Source: a virus
Strand: one strand, 5' to 3'
DNA length: 64,000 nucleotides
Virus record (IMG/VR): IMGVR_UViG_3300036791_001578
Span: 3,069 to 67,068 of that record
Shown here: piece after piece, positions 46,999 through 55,165 of the stretch
Position numbering within the stretch: the stretch's first letter is position 1
Layout: every line of letters begins with the position of its first letter
The notes under the pieces: model-generated
Told to the model about the DNA's origin: nothing
Seen by the model: only the letters and a program-made list of their open reading frames with translations
Databases searched by the model: none
Program-made: the position numbers and the translations under genes

Positions 46999-47597
46999 TT
47001 ACCGCCCTTGGCCTTCTTCTGGACCTCTGCATCGACCCGTTTGTCTTCCTCAATGATGGGACCGAACGCAACCTGCCACTCTTCCACATACTTCTTCGCG
47101 AGTTCAAAAAAATCATCCCAAGTGATCACGTCGTAATTGTCCCGCATGATCTGGCCGATTGGCGTTAAATGGTGCTTTTTTATATCGTCGAGCAGTAATT
47201 TCTTAGCCGCCTGCTTGCGGTCTTTGTCGACCTCTTCCTGCACCTCATTGATTCGCTCCATGGCTTTTTTCCCATAGCCTTTGTATCCATTGATCAATTT
47301 GCGAACTGCCTTCTTGCGACCCTGAGTCGCTTTGCCATTCTGCATCGCCCCTGCTGAGCGAAAGGCGGTATGGATATCAGTGTAAACTCTCCGGCTCATC
47401 GCATAGCCCTCGGCTTTGTAAACGGACAAAATCCGTTCCTGATCGCCGTCTACAGCTCCATATTCGACGAGATCACTTACTAGGTCTTTAAACTGTCTTC
47501 CTGCGTTTACCTGTCTTTCTGCGATGTCTGCACAGTAATTTTGGTAATCGCCAAACTTTGGAACCCAATATCGGATTTGTTTATCGGTCATAGGCAT
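46995..47597 (-). CDS. hypothetical protein
   Basis: MPMTDKQ start preferred, because the 5' extension overlaps + strand genes. Confidence 0.6.
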   Translation of the reverse strand: MPMTDKQIRYWVPKFGDYQNYCADIAERQVNAGRQFKDLVSDLVEYGAVDGDQERILSVYKAEGYAMSRRVYTDIHTAFRSAGAMQNGKATQGRKKAVRKLINGYKGYGKKAMERINEVQEEVDKDRKQAAKKLLLDDIKKHHLTPIGQIMRDNYDVITWDDFFELAKKYVEEWQVAFGPIIEEDKRVDAEVQKKAKGGK

Positions 47598-47726
47598 AGG
47601 CTCGAAACCTACGATCGCTCCGCCGGCGCGTCTACAAGAAATCAGTGTGCGAATTAATTGCGTTAAGCTTGAGGCATTATTTGATTCACTGTTGACGAAT
47701 TCAAAGATGGTGCGAATTTGCCAGCC

Positions 47727-47912
47727 ATGAGCCCAAGAGGAGGAGCGCGAGTTGGGGCCGGTAGAAAAAAAGGCACCACCAAGATCGCTAAACAGTATTA
47801 CCTCGCCGTCGAGGTCGTTCGGGTTGTCGCCCGAATCGCCGAACGTGAGGGCATCAGTGAGAGCCAAGCTCTCACCAACGTCATCAAAGCACACAGAAAA
47901 CACAATGTATAA
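47727..47912 (+). CDS. ribbon-helix-helix-like DNA-binding protein
   Basis: RGGARVGAGR motif then QYYL..IAEREGISESQAL. Confidence 0.65.
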   Translation: MSPRGGARVGAGRKKGTTKIAKQYYLAVEVVRVVARIAEREGISESQALTNVIKAHRKHNV

Positions 47913-48480
47913 ATCGTTCGTTGCAATCGCTCTACTGGGCCTTGGCTTGAGTTCAGCTAAGGCAAATCTCGGCATGACCTATCAGGAAGCGTGCCGATTG
48001 TGGGGGGGGCCAGGGAAAGTTGACAGGGTGGCCAAAAGCATGATCTGGCAAAAAAAAGGCTATGAGATCTCTGAGATCTTCGTGAAGAACCATTCGGTGC
48101 TCATCAGGGCAATTCCCAGCGATGGACAGTGGTATCGGCCCGGTTGGGTCGAGGAAAAAATCCTGCCAGATAACAAAGGTGGTTATGACGGTGAGTGGCA
48201 CCGTATGGAAAACGTTAACCCCGATAAATACGCAGCGTCGTGGTATCTGGATGGCGGCGAAGTGCTCGCTGCCATTTATCCGAATGGCGTCATGCAAATC
48301 ACCTATCGCTGGTACATCAAAGCTAAGGGCTTACTGGATAATCCAAATGACAGTTCGGGCTCATCAGGAAATGGATTGGACTCAGATAAAGCTCCCATGG
48401 AAGACAATGGAGTAGATGGAAGCGTTTCCGATAATAAAGACCCTCTAGGAGTTAACAAGAAAGCGCTGGTCTCCAACTAA
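47905..48480 (+). CDS. exported protein
   Basis: Signal peptide MYKSFVAIALLGLGLSSAKA from ATG 47905. Confidence 0.7.
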   Translation: MYKSFVAIALLGLGLSSAKANLGMTYQEACRLWGGPGKVDRVAKSMIWQKKGYEISEIFVKNHSVLIRAIPSDGQWYRPGWVEEKILPDNKGGYDGEWHRMENVNPDKYAASWYLDGGEVLAAIYPNGVMQITYRWYIKAKGLLDNPNDSSGSSGNGLDSDKAPMEDNGVDGSVSDNKDPLGVNKKALVSN

Positions 48481-48487
48481 AAAAAGC

Positions 48488-48519
48488 GGGCGTCCTCGAG
48501 GACACACTCGAGGACGCCC
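48488..48519 (-). terminator. perfect 13-bp hairpin
   Basis: gggcgtcctcgag-gacaca-ctcgaggacgccc; an A7 run on its left gives a U-tract on the minus strand. Confidence 0.65.
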
Positions 48520-48545
48520 AAACACAGATCACACAAAGAACATTT

Positions 48546-48911
48546 ATGACTGCTGAAGAGCTAATCAAAATCGCCAAGCTAATCAATCCCGAATTGCTGG
48601 CCACTTACCCGCAGGCGGCTCTGGAAGACGCCTACGTCTTCTTACAAGCCCTCCGAAAGGCCGAGGCGGACCAACCGTCAGAACCAGAACTGAAGTCCAA
48701 AAAGGACGCAGAGCTCACCGCGGTGGGTCGACTCGCGCTCTATCTGGAGAAGAACAAAGACCAAAGCGTTTACAAAATCGCTAAAAAACTGAAAATCACC
48801 AGCGGGGCCATTTATAAGTGGTTTGACGGCACGACCGAGCCCAACTCTAAAAGTATTGCCAAAGTTGAGGCTTTCCTCCGCGACGCCGGCTACTACTCCT
48901 TTTATCGCTGA
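48546..48911 (+). CDS. Cro/C1-type HTH protein with N-terminal helical domain
   Basis: SVYKIAKKLKITSGAIYKWFDGTTEP; paralog of 30630..31010. Confidence 0.75.
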   Translation: MTAEELIKIAKLINPELLATYPQAALEDAYVFLQALRKAEADQPSEPELKSKKDAELTAVGRLALYLEKNKDQSVYKIAKKLKITSGAIYKWFDGTTEPNSKSIAKVEAFLRDAGYYSFYR

Positions 48912-49044
48912 GGTGCTATACAATAAATAATTCATTTGAATTATTTATTGTATAGCCGTATCGTTCAGCAATGGAAAGGCTGGCTTTCTTCTTTTACCTG
49001 CTAGCGGCCCTCGTCTTTGCGGGGGCGCTGGCTTTAGAAATCTT

Positions 49045-49227
49045 ATGAGCACCGAAGCGGATAAACCGGCTACCAAACAGGATCTGGAAAAGGCAATCAC
49101 GCGCCTGGAACGCTTCGTCTTGGAGCGGGAAACCGCCATGGTGTGGAAAGTCCTTCTATTGTCCCTGACCCTCTTAGGAGCGCAATGGACGGCCATTTCT
49201 TGGATGATGGCCCATTGGAAGCCCTAA
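49045..49227 (+). CDS. small coiled-coil protein with C-terminal TM
   Basis: ATKQDL motif plus hydrophobic tail. Confidence 0.6.
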   Translation: MSTEADKPATKQDLEKAITRLERFVLERETAMVWKVLLLSLTLLGAQWTAISWMMAHWKP

Positions 49228-49245
49228 TGCCCCTTTAGAAATCTT

Positions 49246-49587
49246 ATGACAACTACACCTCGAATACTCCAGCTGCTGAAAGACCTCCAGACTAATCCTA
49301 GCAAGTTGAGCCAGGACGATATCAAGGAGCTGGTAAACTACTCCTGTCAGAACCTGATCTCTGGCGACAACGCTGGCCTCTTGGCCGACCCTGTTCTGCG
49401 CCAGCAAGTCAAGGATTATCTAGCGCTCCAGGGTGCCGGCACGTTTCAGGAGCAAGTTAAGGTTGGCACCCGAAATATGAGCGTTGCTCTAGTCGGATTG
49501 GTCGTCGGTGGCGTGCCGATTCTAATTGGCTTTGCCATCTTCTGCTGGCTGCTTTCCGGTGGTCTGTCCCGCATGCTCGGCCATTAG
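49246..49587 (+). CDS. membrane protein
   Basis: 113 aa with a long C-terminal hydrophobic segment. Confidence 0.6.
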   Translation: MTTTPRILQLLKDLQTNPSKLSQDDIKELVNYSCQNLISGDNAGLLADPVLRQQVKDYLALQGAGTFQEQVKVGTRNMSVALVGLVVGGVPILIGFAIFCWLLSGGLSRMLGH

Positions 49588-52085
49588 GCTACTTTCATGT
49601 AGGGATCTGGGTGATCTTGCCAGTAGAACGGATCGCCAACGTCTAAATTGTCGACGTCGTCCTGATTGTGTAAATGCGGGACGTCCATTCCTCCTACGCT
49701 GACTACGCCTTTAGGAGGCTCCTTCGCAGATATTTTCTGAGATGGCTCTTTGCCGGTCGCGAATTCCTCTTCGCTCGCTGATGGGGCACCGGTTACTTGG
49801 CCGGCAGGCACGGCGGTTTTGGCCATTTCTTTAGCCGCTAATTCAGTGGCTAACTGTTCTGGACTAGTTCCCTGGCCAGCGGCTTTTTTCGGTGGCCCGA
49901 TAGGACTAAGGAATTCCTTCTTTAGGTCAATCGGTGCATTCCAATCAACGATCTGTCTATGTTCAGGTTCCGGTTCGTACTGGCCGGTGCGGAATTGCCA
50001 TTGGTCCGAGCTCGGAGCGCCGGTTGTTTGACCGGTTGGCGATTCTGCCGGCGTTTGGATCGGAGCGCTCGGCAACGGTGAGGGTTTGGCCGCGGTGCTT
50101 GCCGCTGGGGAGGCTATTACGGGAGGACGCGGTTGGAGCGCCTCAACGTTTGGATAAGCTCCTGCGGCTGCGCCGGCCACCGGCATTGCTCGTCGCACGG
50201 TAGGCTGAAGCATTTGCGAAGTAGGATGATACTGGCCAGTTGCGAATTGTTCTTCGCTTGAGGTCGGCAGACCGCTTGTCTGGCCAGGGCTCGCGACAGG
50301 AACACCCGCTTTGGCTAAAGCATTGGCCTTTTTAGCCATGTCCAGGGCAGTGTCAGGCTCGGCACCTTTGTCTCCTTGATTTGTCGGCGTTACCGCTGGC
50401 TTGGCCCCAGGCTTTTGCGCTACCTCGGGCTTAGCGGCTGGCTTCTCTCCCGGTATATCAGGCTCCCCCGCGCCGGCAACAGATTGCCAGATGCCCTTGA
50501 CGGCATTCCAGAACATCCCAAAACCTTGCTGTTCGGGATCTTCCTCTTTTGTCGGTGTCGCTGACTTTTGTCCATCGGTCGCAGGCTTTTGTCCGTCAGT
50601 TCCTGTTTTGGTGCCATCCGTCCCACCCGTCCCACCGACCACGGGAGCGACTTTTACGGGAACTCCATCTCGGCCCGCCGCCTTTTGATCCGCGCCCTCT
50701 TCGCCAGGTTCGGGGATTGGGTTTGATTTTTCTCTTATGTCATCGTTAGGACCTACGCCATCATCGGCCAAGTCGTTGGTAGCAACCTTGTAATAGCGCC
50801 GGTAGCTGTCGTCCATGTTTGGCGCTCCCGAAGGCTTGGCCAAATCGATGACATTCATGCGCAGAGTATTATCGACCTGATGCTTTGCCAGCGTCGTCTG
50901 ATACTTCAACGAGTCGGAATCGAAATCGCCTTTAACCATTTCTTTCGCAGAATCCAAGACGTTATTGACCAAAGGGCCTAATAGCGCACCATAGACGCCT
51001 CCTTTTAGATTTATAAGGCTACTCAGGATACCGTTAACATTTGTTGCAACTCCTCCGGCTTGGCCTGCTGGCGCTTGGTCAGAAAGACGCCCAATGTCCA
51101 CATTAGCCTTCTTCAATTGCATCAAATCAGTTTGCAGGTTGAGGAAAGCCTTTCTGGCATCGCTATCTGGGCCAGACATGTTCGCCCAATGACTAAAGGC
51201 TGTCTCCGTATCCAGATTGTTAATAGCCTGCGAAAATTTATTAAGACCTCCCCTGCCTCCGGCTCGCACGTATTGCCTTTCAACGTCTCTGAGTAATTCT
51301 TGAACGTTCCCTGCACCGTTTATGCTCGCCTTTTGGTAGGTATCAAGATCTTTACCTCCAGCTCGCTTTGCGATTTTCAGCATCTGAGTTAATTGACCAG
51401 CATTTGCGGTCGAAACGTCGACCGGTTTGCCTCCAAGCGTCCAATCCTTCCCAGTTAGAGGATTTTCAGGATGGTTGTCTGCGAGCCATTTTCTTTTGTT
51501 AGTAATCGTATCTGCGTAATCATCACCACCAAGATTTACTGGTGCAGATTCTGTTCCATCAGGATTGCGAAAAATGAGTCTCGAATTCGGAGCACTCCTA
51601 TCAATTCGCACGTATTGAGGCGTGCCTTGTATGTTGCGTAGTTCCCACTTTTGCGGGACGCCGGAAGGATTGTTCAGATAGTCAACTCGAATGAGTTTGC
51701 CAGCCATATCGCTCATTCGCTGCTTATTTTGACCATTAATAAAGTCGATGGATTTTTGATCATCCTCCGGCAGCATTTTGCCAATTGGCCGATACCCTTT
51801 TTTTTGGGCGTTGCCATTGAGGGTGAGATCAACGTCGCTATCTGGGTTGTTGACCGAATTTGCATTGTTAACTGGAGCGTTTTGAACTGGCACACGGCCT
51901 CCCGCGTTAGCATTGTTAGATGGAGTAGGGTTCGGCGCAGGATTTCCAGAAACGCCGTTAGGGAATCGCTGCTTGAAAATTCGCGTAACCTGAGGGTCGT
52001 CCATGTAAATGCCTTTGGTCCCTTTTGCTTCGAGCTCATGGAGGATTTGCGCTCGTTGCTGGACCTCGGCATCGCTCATTGCCAT
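49584..52085 (-). CDS. putative internal virion (ejection) protein
   Basis: 833 aa, low-complexity; position in the post-tail operon; three GQxxGxP..FxTG repeats. Confidence 0.6.
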   Translation of the reverse strand: MAMSDAEVQQRAQILHELEAKGTKGIYMDDPQVTRIFKQRFPNGVSGNPAPNPTPSNNANAGGRVPVQNAPVNNANSVNNPDSDVDLTLNGNAQKKGYRPIGKMLPEDDQKSIDFINGQNKQRMSDMAGKLIRVDYLNNPSGVPQKWELRNIQGTPQYVRIDRSAPNSRLIFRNPDGTESAPVNLGGDDYADTITNKRKWLADNHPENPLTGKDWTLGGKPVDVSTANAGQLTQMLKIAKRAGGKDLDTYQKASINGAGNVQELLRDVERQYVRAGGRGGLNKFSQAINNLDTETAFSHWANMSGPDSDARKAFLNLQTDLMQLKKANVDIGRLSDQAPAGQAGGVATNVNGILSSLINLKGGVYGALLGPLVNNVLDSAKEMVKGDFDSDSLKYQTTLAKHQVDNTLRMNVIDLAKPSGAPNMDDSYRRYYKVATNDLADDGVGPNDDIREKSNPIPEPGEEGADQKAAGRDGVPVKVAPVVGGTGGTDGTKTGTDGQKPATDGQKSATPTKEEDPEQQGFGMFWNAVKGIWQSVAGAGEPDIPGEKPAAKPEVAQKPGAKPAVTPTNQGDKGAEPDTALDMAKKANALAKAGVPVASPGQTSGLPTSSEEQFATGQYHPTSQMLQPTVRRAMPVAGAAAGAYPNVEALQPRPPVIASPAASTAAKPSPLPSAPIQTPAESPTGQTTGAPSSDQWQFRTGQYEPEPEHRQIVDWNAPIDLKKEFLSPIGPPKKAAGQGTSPEQLATELAAKEMAKTAVPAGQVTGAPSASEEEFATGKEPSQKISAKEPPKGVVSVGGMDVPHLHNQDDVDNLDVGDPFYWQDHPDPYMKVA

Positions 52086-52089
52086 AACG

Positions 52090-52878
52090 TTAACCTAACG
52101 CAGTGTCGTTGATCGGAGCTGGCGGATACTGGGCGTAGTTCTGTCCTGACACATCGCTGTTATATGTAGGATTTGCGAATACCGCTGGGCGCACATCGAC
52201 CACATTCTGATCATTCGCTCCACCAGTGTAAGATGTCTCTTTTTGAATGGCTTTGTCGATGTCGCTGTCATTATCGCCGCCATCGCCTCCCTTGTTTTGT
52301 CCCCCATCCTTACCTCCGCTGGTTTTAGCCGGAGCAGGAGCCGGTGCCGCTTGCTTTGCCTTAAGGTTCGCCTCGTACTCCTCCCTGGTCATGTAGGTAT
52401 TACTGGCCCCTGGGACATTGAAGGATTTCGCACCGTACATATTTACGGGGACCGAAGGATTATAATAGCCGCCAGTGCCCTGGCCTCCGTACTGCATCCC
52501 ACTTGGGACGGTTAGGTTTCGCAGTAATTGGTTCTGATAGGCCGTGTTTTCTGCTGGACTCAAAGGAACCCATTGGCCATTAACCTCTTTGCCGTACTGC
52601 GTAGACATGATCTGCTTCTGCTGATTCAGCATTCCCTTTGCTTGGCCCTTGAAATACTCTGCGTAGGTTTTTTGCAGGGCATTTTCAGCTCCTTCGCGTG
52701 GCATCTTTGCCAGCAATTCGCCGACCTCGGCACCTTTTTTGAATCGCTCGGTCATGTCGACGAGCTGTTGATTGGCAACGTAATCGCCCGGTGTTGGGGT
52801 TCCCGCGACGATTCCTGGCTGGAACAGGCTCGGGACTGCAAATCTAGCGGGGGGCGCTGGAAGTGGGGCTTGTGGCAA
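52090..52878 (-). CDS. putative internal virion protein
   Basis: 262 aa Gln/Gly/Ala-rich, same operon. Confidence 0.55.
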   Translation of the reverse strand: MPQAPLPAPPARFAVPSLFQPGIVAGTPTPGDYVANQQLVDMTERFKKGAEVGELLAKMPREGAENALQKTYAEYFKGQAKGMLNQQKQIMSTQYGKEVNGQWVPLSPAENTAYQNQLLRNLTVPSGMQYGGQGTGGYYNPSVPVNMYGAKSFNVPGASNTYMTREEYEANLKAKQAAPAPAPAKTSGGKDGGQNKGGDGGDNDSDIDKAIQKETSYTGGANDQNVVDVRPAVFANPTYNSDVSGQNYAQYPPAPINDTALG

Positions 52879-52931
52879 AACGTTTTATCAGTCTGTTATT
52901 ACGACTGACCCTCCGGTAAATGTGTCCATCG

Positions 52932-53729
52932 TTAGTAGCTCACTCTCGTGTTAGGGCTAAGATTTGGCGGCGTAAAAAACGCTGGTTTAGGTAGCGGCAG
53001 ATTGGGTGCCGTGTAGCTAGCTTTCTCTGAGGAGATGTTCTTACCAATGTTCTGCAACCCAGAGCCGATCGCGCCAATAGCCGAGCTGCCCATCTCGCCA
53101 CCACTCATACCTCCGCCTCCAAAAGAAGTGTTTGCAGCGTTGGAAGCGTCGATCCCCGAGGAGTCAGTTGCTACACCTCCGGTAGTCTGAGGCGCTTGCG
53201 GAGTAGCAGGAGTTGGAGGGCCAACTTGAGTACTCTGGTCAAGGAGGGGAACGTTGAGGGGGGCTGTTGTTGGTTGTTGGGACTGGCCTGCACCGCCGCC
53301 AAAAAAGTTGCGTATCCAATCGAGGAAACCTCCGCTGCTCGAACCATCGGCGCTGTCATTATTGGCTGGCTGGCCGACCTCTGGATTCCGGTTCATCGGC
53401 GTAGGACTCTGCCGAACCGCCTCTCGTTCTATGTGACCAGGGAAATGCCTGTTGAGATGACTCAAGTAGAGGCTGCGCAAAGCTTCGTTGTTTGGCTGCC
53501 CATCACTTGCCAGCGCCTGATGATAGAGCCGGTGGGCTTCATCATAAGGATCCAGGGCTTGCGCGGCGGGCGCAGCGGCGGGCGCAGCCGGTTGAGCGAT
53601 AGGAGCAACGGGTTGTTGCAGTGCTGGTGGCACCTGGGCTTGTGCTACGGGCGCAGCAACCGGGCGACCGTACATTTGCTGATAGCCACGGTTAAATTGA
53701 TCAATCGAATTATTCAGGAAGTTTGGCAT
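52932..53729 (-). CDS. putative internal virion protein
   Basis: 265 aa Pro/Gln/Gly-rich with GGFLDWIRNFFGG and SSAIGAIGSGL; start overlaps the tfuA 3' end. Confidence 0.6.
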   Translation of the reverse strand: MPNFLNNSIDQFNRGYQQMYGRPVAAPVAQAQVPPALQQPVAPIAQPAAPAAAPAAQALDPYDEAHRLYHQALASDGQPNNEALRSLYLSHLNRHFPGHIEREAVRQSPTPMNRNPEVGQPANNDSADGSSSGGFLDWIRNFFGGGAGQSQQPTTAPLNVPLLDQSTQVGPPTPATPQAPQTTGGVATDSSGIDASNAANTSFGGGGMSGGEMGSSAIGAIGSGLQNIGKNISSEKASYTAPNLPLPKPAFFTPPNLSPNTRVSY

Positions 53730-55041
53730 CGCCTAAACGGTCCCGTGCCAAGGCGACCATCAGCTCTCGGACGGTCCCAAATCCCATCTCGCGCACATAA
53801 TCCTCTAAAGACAGGGAGATCGTCAAGCCTGCCCTCTGGGCGTGGCGGGCCAGGAGGTTAGCAATGTCGACTTGGCCACCAAAAGTTAGTGCCTCTTCTC
53901 CGCCTTTTTTAGCGACTTGGGCCTCGTGACGGCCTGCGGCATTAGTCCAGTAAACGTACTGGCCCGAGAGTTTGAGGTAATCGAGCAAGCGCTGCGTCCG
54001 GCGCCGCGGCCCGCTTCGGACCATCAGGGCTCGGCGCAGTTTTCGTAAACGCACCTCTTCGCTTAAGATCCGTACTAGCTCTTTCCCGTTGAGATGATGT
54101 TCGCGCATCCAACGGTCGTGCTCTTCGAGCGAGCGCAGATTGCGGCGGATGTTCGAGCGCTGCCATTCCTGATTGATTTCGTCATTGGTCACCGGGATCC
54201 GGTAGATATCGGCGAGCAAAAGCGCCAGGGTCCGGTTATCGGCGTCCTCGGTGTGCTGTTCGTACTCTTGGTCGTGCAAGGTAATGAACGCATCCAGATC
54301 TTGGAGCTTGATGTGTTGCTGGCCTACCCAGATCGCTCGGTCGCGCTCAAACTGTGCGCTAAATAACCAAGAGAGCGCCTCCTCGGTCGGTTTAATCGCA
54401 TTGTCGGCCTGCTTCAACTCGCGGAAGGTGCAGAGCAATTCCAGAGCATCGATTGCCTTCTGATTATGGCCTCTCAAGATCTCCAAAAGGATTGGGTACT
54501 CGGCGAGCATTCGCTCGGTCCGTTCAGTCCAATGAATACTGCTGGCAAGGGCGAAGATTTCTTCAGCCTCTTCCTGCTCGAGTACTTCCGTCTCGAGGGC
54601 CTTCATGAGTGCTCCGCGCACGTTGACCAACGGGATCGTAGTAGCAACGAGTGACCCGTCTCGGGCGTGAGCGTAAGTTGAGGCGACTTCGCTCTCCTCA
54701 GTGATAACGCCTTCGTTATACCAATGGAAAATTCGACCAGCTCCGATCATTCCAAAGGGCGACAAGTCCGCGGCTCTCAGAGCCCCCATCGAAGCGGCTC
54801 CGTAGATGCCTTTGACTCCCGGCACTTGCAACGCCCACACGATTTCCTTGTGCCAGACCGAAAGGGCTTGATGAAAACAACCTGTTATGAGTAGAACGTG
54901 ACTGGGCTCAAAATGCATCAGATCACTGATGAAATCGCCCTGGCTTACTGGGGGCTGGATGATAGCGGCAGGGATCCGTTCGCGAATACTGTCGTGATCT
55001 AATTCAGGCCCCGTATAGACCAGCACTCTCTCCTCATCCAT
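53710..55041 (-). CDS. tfuA: TfuA protein with long C-terminal helical extension
   Basis: VYTGP, PPVSQGD, GCFHQALSVWHKEI, GAASMGALRAADL..FGMIGAG.IF, EESEVA, PLVNVR and NQKAIDA. Confidence 0.95.
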   Translation of the reverse strand: MDEERVLVYTGPELDHDSIRERIPAAIIQPPVSQGDFISDLMHFEPSHVLLITGCFHQALSVWHKEIVWALQVPGVKGIYGAASMGALRAADLSPFGMIGAGRIFHWYNEGVITEESEVASTYAHARDGSLVATTIPLVNVRGALMKALETEVLEQEEAEEIFALASSIHWTERTERMLAEYPILLEILRGHNQKAIDALELLCTFRELKQADNAIKPTEEALSWLFSAQFERDRAIWVGQQHIKLQDLDAFITLHDQEYEQHTEDADNRTLALLLADIYRIPVTNDEINQEWQRSNIRRNLRSLEEHDRWMREHHLNGKELVRILSEEVRLRKLRRALMVRSGPRRRTQRLLDYLKLSGQYVYWTNAAGRHEAQVAKKGGEEALTFGGQVDIANLLARHAQRAGLTISLSLEDYVREMGFGTVRELMVALARDRLGDAKLPE

Positions 55042-55165
55042 ATGAGATCAAAAATTATTGAAGCTTTGCCACCGTGGTTACGAGTGCTTTGGAAGGTTGA
55101 AGTAGATTTCGTAAATGGAAAGCGAATAATAGTGCAAAGAAAAGAGCATCACCGCCTGCCGGAAA

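Noticed and set aside
47598-47975. 5' extension of ORF 46995..47975
   Set aside because: It overlaps credible plus-strand genes and the divergent promoter region; the internal ATG is preferred
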